The position numbers and the translations under genes were made by a program. 64,000 nucleotides of DNA from an uncultured Gemmatimonadota bacterium. GTDB lineage: Bacteria > Blakebacterota > Blakebacteria > Blakebacterales > Blakebacteraceae. The stretch spans positions 1 through 64,000 of the forward strand of contig CAZNUA010000016.1 in NCBI GenBank assembly GCA_964576115.1, given 5' to 3'. The notes beneath the pieces are model-generated. The model saw only the letters and a list, made by a program, of their open reading frames with translations, was not told the origin of the DNA and did not search any database. Each line of letters begins with the position of its first letter. The first letter of the stretch is position 1. This document shows, one piece after another, positions 29,667 through 37,746 of this stretch.

Positions 29667-30542
29667 TTATTTGAGCCGACGGGCGCTGAAGCTGGTTGTC
29701 ATCATCATCGGCATGCTCACCCCCATCGAAGCGATTTCCATGAACATTTCGACCTCCACCGAACCCTCAGCTGACTCGAGCAGGCCGGTCCGAGGGTCGA
29801 AACGGTAGGTGGTCTCACCCGTCCAGGTCCCCGACATGGTCATGTCGATACCCATCTCCTGATCGCTCCCACCCCCGACCAGCGAGCCCTCAACGGTTGC
29901 CTGTACGACCCGGGCGGGAGGTTCTCCGGTCTCGGACTCGAGCAGGCCGCGATAGGTGTAACGGCTGATGTTCTCCTGTGCCATTCCGCCCGTACCGCCG
30001 ATCTCGGCTTCCTGGGAGGTTGTGTCGGTCCAGGTGGCTCCAACCTCGATCGGGTACGAGGGCCAGGGGATGAAATACTGACCGAGGCCCTGCGAGGTCG
30101 TCATACCGCCGGTCACCTCCAGACCGGGCAGACTGAAGTCCATTTGCGAACGCCCGTCGGTTCCCAGGGTGAAGTCGAAGGCCATGTCCGTGAAATCGAT
30201 CGCCTCGCCGGCAGCCGCAAACATGCCTCCGAGTCCTTCCATCGAGAATTCTTCAATCGTCATCGTCCCGATGAAGTCCTCCCCTTCACGGCCGGTGATC
30301 TCGATCCGGTTCACGATCGGCATGGACATTTCGATCGCCTCGCCGCCGGTCAAGGGATTGTTCATCGTCATCGACGTACTCGTGATCGTCTCGTAGCGCA
30401 GTACCAGCCCGGTCTCGAGGTCGTAGGCGTGCAGGTAGCCGGTTTCTGTGGTCCGGGCGGCTCCCGAACCGGCGCAGGCCGTCAGAAGGACCGTGAGAGC
30501 CGGGAGGAAGAGACTGCGACCGATCCGCTGGAAATGTGTCAT
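29667..30542 (-). CDS. beta-rich lipoprotein of unknown function (DUF6263-like)
   Basis: lipobox LLTA-C; PIEVGATW, YRFDPRTGLL patterns. Confidence 0.7.
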   Translation of the reverse strand: MTHFQRIGRSLFLPALTVLLTACAGSGAARTTETGYLHAYDLETGLVLRYETITSTSMTMNNPLTGGEAIEMSMPIVNRIEITGREGEDFIGTMTIEEFSMEGLGGMFAAAGEAIDFTDMAFDFTLGTDGRSQMDFSLPGLEVTGGMTTSQGLGQYFIPWPSYPIEVGATWTDTTSQEAEIGGTGGMAQENISRYTYRGLLESETGEPPARVVQATVEGSLVGGGSDQEMGIDMTMSGTWTGETTYRFDPRTGLLESAEGSVEVEMFMEIASMGVSMPMMMTTSFSARRLK

Positions 30543-30653
30543 GGCATAACCTGCCTTGCCTGGAGGTTCGGCCGACCGCCTGCGAACCGAGCGGGATCGG
30601 GCGGCGGTGAGCGTACGGTAACACTCTCTATACGCCGCGATCGTACTTTCTTT

Positions 30654-31253
30654 TCAGAGGGGATTCCAGCTCCCGGCGAAGCGTTCGAGCACGGTCCGCA
30701 GCCACCGCCGTCCGGTTGCGGAACCGGCCGGTTCGGTACTGACCGCCACCACCCGGCCGTACCAGCTCAGCAGGCGGACCGGGGTTCGCTCCAGGCCGAG
30801 CCCGGCAGGCAGGTCGGGATCCGGGCAGGCCAGCAAAGGCATCATCGGTTCGAAATCCCAGAAGGTCCGTCGGCTCTCATGACGGTCGCCGCAGGCTACT
30901 GCCACGGCGTCCGGACCGGGGCCGGCCAGGCTGTCGAGCGCGGCGGCCGTGATCGGAAGAACATCCCGGCAAACCAGGCATTCATCGGCTGCGACTACAA
31001 TCCAGAGTCGGAGCGGCGGGGCGGGAACCGGAAGCGTATCGGCATGACCCGCTACGGGCGACAGCGGTCCGAGCCGGGCGAGCAGGTCGCACCCCAGCCA
31101 GGGCGCCACGGTGACCCCGGGTTCAGATCCAGCCGCCGGGTCTCCCCCCGACGGCCCCGGGGAGACGGACCGATCGCGGCGGATCCCGGCATATCCGATC
31201 AGGAGGGCCGTCGCGAGCCCGCCGATCAGCAGGCCCGCCTCGGCCCGGGTCAT
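30654..31253 (-). CDS. membrane-anchored thioredoxin-like CxxC protein
   Basis: N-terminal TM; LWIVVAADE-CLVC; cis-Pro-like RTPVRLL; ATGA overlap with upstream gene. Confidence 0.65.
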   Translation of the reverse strand: MTRAEAGLLIGGLATALLIGYAGIRRDRSVSPGPSGGDPAAGSEPGVTVAPWLGCDLLARLGPLSPVAGHADTLPVPAPPLRLWIVVAADECLVCRDVLPITAAALDSLAGPGPDAVAVACGDRHESRRTFWDFEPMMPLLACPDPDLPAGLGLERTPVRLLSWYGRVVAVSTEPAGSATGRRWLRTVLERFAGSWNPL

Positions 31254-33247
31254 TCGAAGAGCTCCAGAGCGCCCTGCCAGAGATAGAGGGCGGTGCGGGT
31301 GGTCAGGTAAATCAGACCGTCAGGACCGCGGGCCGCTCCGCGGAACCTGCGCCGGCCCTGCATGGGCCAGCTTCCGATCAGTCGCCCGTCTTCGGCGGCC
31401 GCCGCCAGCCAGGAGACCTCTTCCCCCTGGACGCGCGTCTGATAACTGAATATCACGCCCCGGCCGGGAAGGACGGCAATGTCGGACAGAGAACCCCGTT
31501 GCATTTCACCGACCCGCCAGCCGTCGGCGACACCGTCGGGATCGCGTACCGGCGTCCAGGCGCTGACTCCGTCCGATCGCCAGAGGGCGATGGCGGAGCG
31601 GTCGGTATCGAAGATGAGGACCGCTCCGTCACCCCAGTCGCCGAAGTGCCAGCCGTACCTCCACCGCCGCCGGGGCGCGTTCCACTCGCCCTGCACTTCA
31701 TCGGGATTCGAGCTGTCCGGAATGATCGTGCCGGCGGCGCCGTCTGCGATCTGCAGGGGTGCGTCTTCGGCACGCATGTCGCAGAGCAGCCAGCGGTCGG
31801 GACCGAGCGCAAAGAGGTGCGAAGGAAACCGCTCGCGCCCCCACCTCAGCTCATGGTCGGGATCGAGAGGGAAGATTCCCGCCCGGGCATCCCACACCGT
31901 CGGTTCGTCGCCGGTCATGATCAACCGGCTGCGGTAGGAGCCGTGCGGCGAGGCCCTGCAGACCGGACCGGGTTCGAGATGCGTCTGCCCGTCGGCGGTG
32001 ACGACCGGTGTCAGGAACAGGCCCTGCCCGTCGTTGTAGCCCACGTAGAGCCGGGTCGCTCCGGCTTGAACTTTCAGGCTCTTGGGAGGCGAATTGCGAT
32101 CGACGATGAACCCTTCGCGCCAGATACCGCGCTCGCGGAAGAGATCTTCGATCACCCCGGCCGGCAGAAGCAGCTCGCCGGGCATTTCCGCCGCAGCCGA
32201 TCCGGCACCCGTCCCCCCCGCACCGGCGGGTTCGGAACCGGCCGCCGGTTCCACCGCCGATTCGCTCGACTCGTCCCACTGCCCGACCAGTTTCAGACGC
32301 AGGATGTGATCGCGGCCGTCGATGGCATAAGCCAGCGCCCCCCGGCTCCAGACCAGTCGAAGAACGGGCGTTTCGAGACGATGCCGCCCCTGCAGCCGAC
32401 CTTCACTGTCATAGGTGCGGATTCTGCGACCGGTTCCGTCGAGCACCCAGAGCGAACCGTCGACCGCCGTTCCGGCTGAGAGCGAGAATCCGGGCATATT
32501 GCGCAGCCGGCCGTCGGGGTGGCGCTCGAGCCGGCGGGGAAAGTGATCCCAGGCTTCACGGGTGACGACTTGACCGGAGGGGTCGACAATCTGGATGCTG
32601 TTCTCCTGCGTCCGGGCCAGCAGGGTGAATCCTGCCCCGGAACGGGCCACGTGCACGGCGTTGAGTTCGTTCTGCGCCAGACCGGCTTCGTCGGGGCGGC
32701 GGGAGGACACCGCCGATCCGAAGCCGATGCTGTCGCCCGCCGCGTTCACCAGCAGAGCCTGCGGCGAGCCCTCGCCGCGCCACGAAGCATTCACCAGCCA
32801 GCCTCCGTCGACCGGTTGGATCGACGGGCTGGCGAGATCGTGCGGCGGGACGCCGGCGCGCGCGATGAATTCCCCTTCAGGTGTGAACCACGACACCCGG
32901 AAGAGGTTGACGACCCCGATCCGTTCGCCGTCGGTCACCAGGGCATGGGGGAAGAGCCCCAGTTCGCCCGGCCCGTCGCCGGGGCTGCCGAAACGTCCGA
33001 CGATCCGTCCGGTGGCGGGTTCGCAGACGGCGACGTGAGCCAGCCGTCCGTCGAGAACGTAGAGGCGATTGCCGCACAGGACGAGATCGCGGGGAAAGAC
33101 GAGGTGGGGATCGGTCGATTCGGGCGGCTCGGAGTAGATCGCTTCGGCTTCGAACCGCCACTGCACGGGGGGAGCGGAGCGCTCTCCGCAGCCTGCGGCC
33201 AGCAGCAGGCCGATCAGGAACAGAGAGCGACCCCAACGGACACCCAT
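31250..33247 (-). CDS. lipoprotein with 6-bladed (NHL/TolB-like) beta-propeller plus second propeller-like domain
   Basis: ATG 33247 (TGATG overlap); lipobox LAAG-C; LYVLD, GRFGSPGDGPGEL, DGSLWVLD, YDSEG; Ala/Gly/Glu linker then second beta domain. Confidence 0.78.
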   Translation of the reverse strand: MGVRWGRSLFLIGLLLAAGCGERSAPPVQWRFEAEAIYSEPPESTDPHLVFPRDLVLCGNRLYVLDGRLAHVAVCEPATGRIVGRFGSPGDGPGELGLFPHALVTDGERIGVVNLFRVSWFTPEGEFIARAGVPPHDLASPSIQPVDGGWLVNASWRGEGSPQALLVNAAGDSIGFGSAVSSRRPDEAGLAQNELNAVHVARSGAGFTLLARTQENSIQIVDPSGQVVTREAWDHFPRRLERHPDGRLRNMPGFSLSAGTAVDGSLWVLDGTGRRIRTYDSEGRLQGRHRLETPVLRLVWSRGALAYAIDGRDHILRLKLVGQWDESSESAVEPAAGSEPAGAGGTGAGSAAAEMPGELLLPAGVIEDLFRERGIWREGFIVDRNSPPKSLKVQAGATRLYVGYNDGQGLFLTPVVTADGQTHLEPGPVCRASPHGSYRSRLIMTGDEPTVWDARAGIFPLDPDHELRWGRERFPSHLFALGPDRWLLCDMRAEDAPLQIADGAAGTIIPDSSNPDEVQGEWNAPRRRWRYGWHFGDWGDGAVLIFDTDRSAIALWRSDGVSAWTPVRDPDGVADGWRVGEMQRGSLSDIAVLPGRGVIFSYQTRVQGEEVSWLAAAAEDGRLIGSWPMQGRRRFRGAARGPDGLIYLTTRTALYLWQGALELFE

Positions 33248-33495
33248 CAGTCGAAGATCGAACTGATCAGGTACTTCGTCGAACACCACAACTTGGCATA
33301 CCCGAACCGCGACCAGCACAGCACTTCGGTCTCCTCGGCGACATCGAGGCAGTGTTCGAGCTTATCATCAGCCGAATCCATACACTCGACGTACGCCTGG
33401 GGGGGATTGGCCGCAGCCACAGCCGGCGGAGCGACGATCGGGCCGGCCCCCAGGACGAGGATGCTCACGATGGCCGGCAGTATGTTTCGCTTCAT
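33247..33495 (-). CDS. small secreted cysteine-rich peptide (82 aa, C-x10-C-x10-C-x10-C)
   Basis: AAGGAG RBS 9 nt before ATG 33495; MKRNILPAIVSILVLGAGPIVAPPAVA signal; mature ...ECMDSADDKLEHCLDVAEETEVLCWSRFGYAKLWCSTKYLISSIFD; forms the 3' end of the 33247..34194 ORF. Confidence 0.8.
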   Translation of the reverse strand: MKRNILPAIVSILVLGAGPIVAPPAVAAANPPQAYVECMDSADDKLEHCLDVAEETEVLCWSRFGYAKLWCSTKYLISSIFD

Positions 33496-33566
33496 GATTT
33501 CGGTCTCCTTCCCGCACGGGCGGGGATCGGGACACCGGGGGTGGCGTCGCATGACCCGTTCTGACC

Positions 33567-33581
33567 GCAAGGAACATGCCA
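33567..33581 (-). promoter_or_regulatory. sigma-54 -24/-12 promoter
   Basis: minus strand TGGCATGTTCCTTGC: GG-N10-GC, matches TGGCAC-N5-TTGC at all but one position; about 70 nt upstream of the peptide ATG. Confidence 0.7.
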
Positions 33582-33600
33582 GCCGCCGTCCCGCAGCCTG

Positions 33601-33665
33601 CCTGCCGGGGGACGCGCCGCGGGCGTCAGACGGAATTGACGCCCTCGTCCCCTGTCCCGGGCAGG
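33601..33665. promoter_or_regulatory. inverted repeat, candidate enhancer-binding site or hpn operon terminator
   Basis: GGGCGTCA-N8-TGACGCCC (33621-33644) nested within GGGGACG/CGTCCCC and CCTGCC/GGCAGG. Confidence 0.45.
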
Positions 33666-33692
33666 AAGCCGCCCCGGTGGATCCATCCGGTG

Positions 33693-35114
33693 TCAGCCGG
33701 ACCTGACACCGAGCGCCCGGACTGCCAGTTCGCCGCTGCGAGCGGCTCCTTCGAGGGTTGAGGGCCAGCCGGTCGCCGTCCAGGCTCCCGCCAAGGCCAG
33801 ATTGGGAATCGGCGTGGCGGCCGGCGGCCGGGCGGCTTGCGAACCCGGTCCGGGAAAGAAGGTGGCCCGCCGGATGTGGACCACCTTCGCGGCCAGAAGG
33901 GGCGTGTTGCGCACCGCCGGCAGGACCGCGGCGAGTTCGTGCGTCAGAGCAGACCGGACCTGGTCGGGGGAACGCTCGAGCCAGATCCCCGAAGCCGAAC
34001 TCACCAGATCGAGATGTTGATCGCGCCCCGCATAACCGGGCGCCGCCGGCCGGACGAAGATCCACTGCAGGGGCGAACCGGTCACGGCCAGCAGCGGTTC
34101 GTCGGTGACAGGTTCGGCGAACCAGAGATGGAGATTCAGGATCGGAGCCCATTCCAGGCCGGCCCCGCGGTTCAGCGGATCGGTGTTCGCCCACTCCGGT
34201 CCCAGCAGGCGCGGCAATGCCCCGGGGGGAACGGCCGCGACCGCTCCGGCGATCTCGCGGCGTTCATTCCCCGCCCGGAGGGCTGTGACCTGTCCCGGGG
34301 AGTCGATCTCGAGGGCGTCGACCCGCACTCCCCGTCTGACCTCGCCGCCCAGCGAGACGATACGCGCCGCCACCCGCTCCCAGAGTTCAGCCAGGGGCAC
34401 GACCGACCATCCCAGAGCGGCCGCCCGGCGCGGTCCGAGAAAGGATTCGGTGACAGCCATGGCGGCCAGATCGGAGCGCACCTCTTCAGGTCGGGCGTTG
34501 AGGATCGAGGTGATGACCGGCGACCAGAAGACCTCCCGGACGGCGACGCTCTGGCGAGCCCGGTCGAGCCATTCTCCGAACGGGTTCTCGAGCCCCTCCT
34601 CTTTCAAGGTCCCCGCCTCGCGTCTGAGGCGTATCAGCGCTCGCAGCAGAACCAGACGCTCGCTCAGAGTAAGGAGCGGAAAACGGAGCAGGGCTCCCAG
34701 CAGGTGCAGCGGCGGCGGCAGTCCCCCGGCTTCCAGAACGACCGGCCGGCCGGTTTTCCCGCCCGGGGAGACCGTTCCGCTCCCCGGTGTTCGGACCGGG
34801 CCGTCATCCCGGTCCGGGCGAACCAGAAAGGGAACCCGCACCCGATCCTGTTCGAAAACCGCGTCCCCGGCGCCGGCCCGGTCGAGCAGTCCCCGCAGAG
34901 CGGTGCAGCAGCCCATCCAGACATGCTGGTTGTCGGTCAGACCGCCCCGCACCGGATCGGGAAAGCTCCCCGCCCTGCCGCCCAGACGGGAGTGACGTTC
35001 GTAGAGCACGACCGGCTCGCCGGCCCGGGCCAGGGCTTCGGCGGCCGCCAGGCCGGCTGCCCCGCCGCCGACGACGGCCCACGGCCGGCGCGTGTCCGCG
35101 GTCGGCGCAGTCAC
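33693..35114 (-). CDS. hpnE: hydroxysqualene dehydroxylase HpnE
   Basis: VVGGGAAGLAAA FAD motif, LGGRAGS, DNQHV, RATF, LAGAWTATGWPSTLEGAARSG; follows hpnCD. Confidence 0.88.
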   Translation of the reverse strand: MTAPTADTRRPWAVVGGGAAGLAAAEALARAGEPVVLYERHSRLGGRAGSFPDPVRGGLTDNQHVWMGCCTALRGLLDRAGAGDAVFEQDRVRVPFLVRPDRDDGPVRTPGSGTVSPGGKTGRPVVLEAGGLPPPLHLLGALLRFPLLTLSERLVLLRALIRLRREAGTLKEEGLENPFGEWLDRARQSVAVREVFWSPVITSILNARPEEVRSDLAAMAVTESFLGPRRAAALGWSVVPLAELWERVAARIVSLGGEVRRGVRVDALEIDSPGQVTALRAGNERREIAGAVAAVPPGALPRLLGPEWANTDPLNRGAGLEWAPILNLHLWFAEPVTDEPLLAVTGSPLQWIFVRPAAPGYAGRDQHLDLVSSASGIWLERSPDQVRSALTHELAAVLPAVRNTPLLAAKVVHIRRATFFPGPGSQAARPPAATPIPNLALAGAWTATGWPSTLEGAARSGELAVRALGVRSG

Positions 35115-35117
35115 CGG

Positions 35118-36014
35118 TTACGCTCCGCCCCGCAGCCGCCAGCGGATGAAGGCTCTGACCATGAGCCGGAGCTTGGTGAGGGTATTGAGCCCGTGACGGT
35201 GATCGAGGACGTCGAAGCCGGAGGCTTCGATTCGGTCGAGGACACCCTCGTAGAGATCGCGGAGCAGGGCCGGGCAGACCCGGGCATCACGGTCGATCAG
35301 AGGCAGCAGTCCGCCGCCTTCCTCGAGTGCCGAGCGGGCCCGCCGGGCGACTTCGCTCATGAGCGGGATCCAGCCCGCCGGCCGGTGCCCGGCGAGGATA
35401 TCCTCCTCACGTACGGCGTACTCGTTCAGCAGGTCGGCCGGCAGGTAGATCCGCCCCAGGGCGGCATCGGCCCCGACATCGCGGATGATGTTGACGTACT
35501 GCATACCGAGCCCCTGGGCCAGGGCGTGGCGCCGGGCCGTTTCGCTCCCCCCTCCGAAGGTCGCGGCGCAGACCAGACCGATCGTACCGGCGGCATAGTA
35601 GCAATACTGCTCCAGTTCGGCCCAGGTGACGTAGCGGTTCACGGTCAGGTCCTGCCTCATACCCTGAAGCAGATCGCGCAGCGCTCCGATCGGCACAGCA
35701 TGGTTGGCCACCGCGTCGGCCAGGGCGATGAACAGCGCTCCGCGCGGTTGGCCCCGCTCGATCTCATCGAGACGGGCCTCGAGACGGTCGAGTCCGCTCA
35801 GTCGTTCGGATTCAGAGAATCCTTCGGCGTCGGCCAGATCGTCCGCGACCCGGGCGAAGGAGTAGACGGCGTACAGAACCAGACGCTTGGCCCGACGCAG
35901 GGGCAGGAAGCTGTAATAGAAATTTCGCGCCGTGTGGCGGGCCAGCCGGGCGCAGGCGGTGTAGGCCTCGGCGAGCGGCACCTCGCCGCGGGTATCGGCG
36001 AGCAGGGGATGCAT
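35118..36014 (-). CDS. hpnD: presqualene diphosphate synthase HpnD (phytoene/squalene synthase family)
   Basis: ATG 36014 (TGATG overlap); NFYYSF, RVADDLAD, NIIRDVGAD..GRIYLP. Confidence 0.85.
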   Translation of the reverse strand: MHPLLADTRGEVPLAEAYTACARLARHTARNFYYSFLPLRRAKRLVLYAVYSFARVADDLADAEGFSESERLSGLDRLEARLDEIERGQPRGALFIALADAVANHAVPIGALRDLLQGMRQDLTVNRYVTWAELEQYCYYAAGTIGLVCAATFGGGSETARRHALAQGLGMQYVNIIRDVGADAALGRIYLPADLLNEYAVREEDILAGHRPAGWIPLMSEVARRARSALEEGGGLLPLIDRDARVCPALLRDLYEGVLDRIEASGFDVLDHRHGLNTLTKLRLMVRAFIRWRLRGGA

Positions 36015-36895
36015 CAGCCCGCTCTCCGGAGCCGGCCGAGCAGAGCGGCCGCAAGCAGGGCGGCTTTCCGCCCCCGGCTCAATACCGGACGGTGCGCAAG
36101 CACATCGTAGTTCTGAGCCGCGATGGCGTCGAGGATCGCCTCCCCGCCGCGGGTGAAGAGCTCGAGATCGACTTTGAACCGACCGGCGACCCGGTCGACG
36201 AGCGGGCGGCCGCGAGCAAAGAACTCCCGGGTGCGCTCCACCTCGAAGGCTATCAGGCGACGCAGGGCCGGGGTGGCCTCGCACCGTCCCAGATCGGTTT
36301 CGGCGACCCCGAAGCGTTCCCGGTCTTCGGCCGGCAGGTAAATCCGATCCATGGCCCGGTCGCGGGCCACATCCTGCCAGAAATTGGTCAGCTGCAGGGC
36401 GGTGCAGGTGGCGTCGCTCAACGGCAAGAGGGAACGGTCGCGGTAACCGAAAATCATCAGCACCAGCCGTCCGACCGGATCGGCCGAGTAGCGGCAGTAC
36501 TCCAGAACCTGATCGAAGGTGATATAGCGGTTGATGCGCTGGTCGCGGCGGTTGGCCTCGACGAGCCGGCGGAAGGGTGCGAGCGGCAGATCGAGTTCGC
36601 GACGGGTCTGCTCCAGAGCGATGAATGCGGCCGGGCGCTCACCCGCCGGCGCCCGGCAGCGGTCCCAGGTAGCCAGCAGGTGCTGCTCCCACCAGCCGAG
36701 CCGGAGCAGACGGTTTCCGGGGGCCTCGTCGCCCAGATCGTCGACGCCGCGGGCGAAAGCGTAGAGAGCGTACATGTGCCGGCGTACCGCACCCGGCAGC
36801 AGCACCGAGGCGATCGGGAAATTCTCGTAGTGCCGCCGGGTCAGCGCTTCGCACGCAGCGTAGGCTTCGTCGATGCTTTCATCGAAGACAGTCAT
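36014..36895 (-). CDS. hpnC: squalene synthase HpnC
   Basis: HYENFPIAS, ARGVDDLGDE, YCRYSADPVGR, QLTNFWQDV. Confidence 0.92.
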   Translation of the reverse strand: MTVFDESIDEAYAACEALTRRHYENFPIASVLLPGAVRRHMYALYAFARGVDDLGDEAPGNRLLRLGWWEQHLLATWDRCRAPAGERPAAFIALEQTRRELDLPLAPFRRLVEANRRDQRINRYITFDQVLEYCRYSADPVGRLVLMIFGYRDRSLLPLSDATCTALQLTNFWQDVARDRAMDRIYLPAEDRERFGVAETDLGRCEATPALRRLIAFEVERTREFFARGRPLVDRVAGRFKVDLELFTRGGEAILDAIAAQNYDVLAHRPVLSRGRKAALLAAALLGRLRRAG

Positions 36896-37024
36896 GGAAC
36901 TGCTATTCTCTATCGGGAAGCGGACGGCCGCAACGGATTCCGGTCTTCACGCAACCCCCGGGGACGTTGTACGGTATACATGATCATGTGGGGACGAACC
37001 CTCTTTACCGCGGGAGAGCGTACC

Positions 37025-37711
37025 ATGACGAGCCCGGAACACGGCCCCGCCGACGGCGGGGAGCACCGCCCCCGACGCGGCCACGCCCTGGCCTGGATTC
37101 TCATCTTTCTCGGCGTCCTGCTGACGATCTCGAACCTCTATGGTATCAGTGAGGGAGTTTTCTTCATCGTCCTCGGGGCCGCCTTTCTGGCCGGGTATCT
37201 CTCGAACCGCTCGTACGGCCTGCTGATCCCGGCCATGATTCTGATCGGGCTGGGATTCGGTCTGCAGGTCGCCGACTGGTACCTGTTACGGATCGACGAT
37301 CTGTGGGTGCCGCTTTTCATCGGCTTCGGTTTCATGGCGATCTGGTTCGTCGATCACCTGACCTGGAAGCAGAGCACCACCTGGCCCCTCTGGCCGGGGG
37401 GGATCCTGGTGGTCATCGGAATCTGGGGCATCGCCCTGGAGACCGGCTTCTTCCGCGACATCTGGTGGGAGTTCACCGAGATCCTCGGTCAGTGGTGGCC
37501 GGTTCTGCTCATTCTGTGGGGTGTCTGGCTGCTCGTGCGGGGACGCTCTCCAGCCGGCGAGCCCGAGCAGGTCCCGCCGGCCTCGGCCGCTCCGGCGCCC
37601 GGCCAGAGCGAGGCGCCGGACGCAGGAACAGAACCGGCCGAAGCCGAAGAGGATCGACCGCCCGAGGATGAGCTGCGCTCGGGTCCGCTCGGCGGTGGAG
37701 AAAGCGACTGA
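37025..37711 (+). CDS. multi-pass membrane protein (LiaF/DUF5668-like)
   Basis: ATG 37025 after GGGAGAG; about 6 hydrophobic segments, QWWPVLLILWG motif, Pro/Ala/Glu tail. Confidence 0.72.
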   Translation: MTSPEHGPADGGEHRPRRGHALAWILIFLGVLLTISNLYGISEGVFFIVLGAAFLAGYLSNRSYGLLIPAMILIGLGFGLQVADWYLLRIDDLWVPLFIGFGFMAIWFVDHLTWKQSTTWPLWPGGILVVIGIWGIALETGFFRDIWWEFTEILGQWWPVLLILWGVWLLVRGRSPAGEPEQVPPASAAPAPGQSEAPDAGTEPAEAEEDRPPEDELRSGPLGGGESD

Positions 37712-37719
37712 GTACACTG

Positions 37720-37739
37720 CCCCGGCCGGCCCGCCGGGG
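37720..37739. terminator. short GC hairpin between convergent genes
   Basis: CCCCGGC-cggccc-GCCGGGG. Confidence 0.35.
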
Positions 37740-37746
37740 ACCTGAA

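Noticed and set aside
33496-34194. N-terminal 233 codons of the 315-aa ORF 33247..34194
   Set aside because: Overlaps hpnE out of frame and the promoter region; only the last 82 codons have an RBS and signal peptide
36092-37024. N-terminal 311 codons of ORF 36092..37711
   Set aside because: Antisense to hpnC and the intergenic region; the membrane protein begins at ATG 37025
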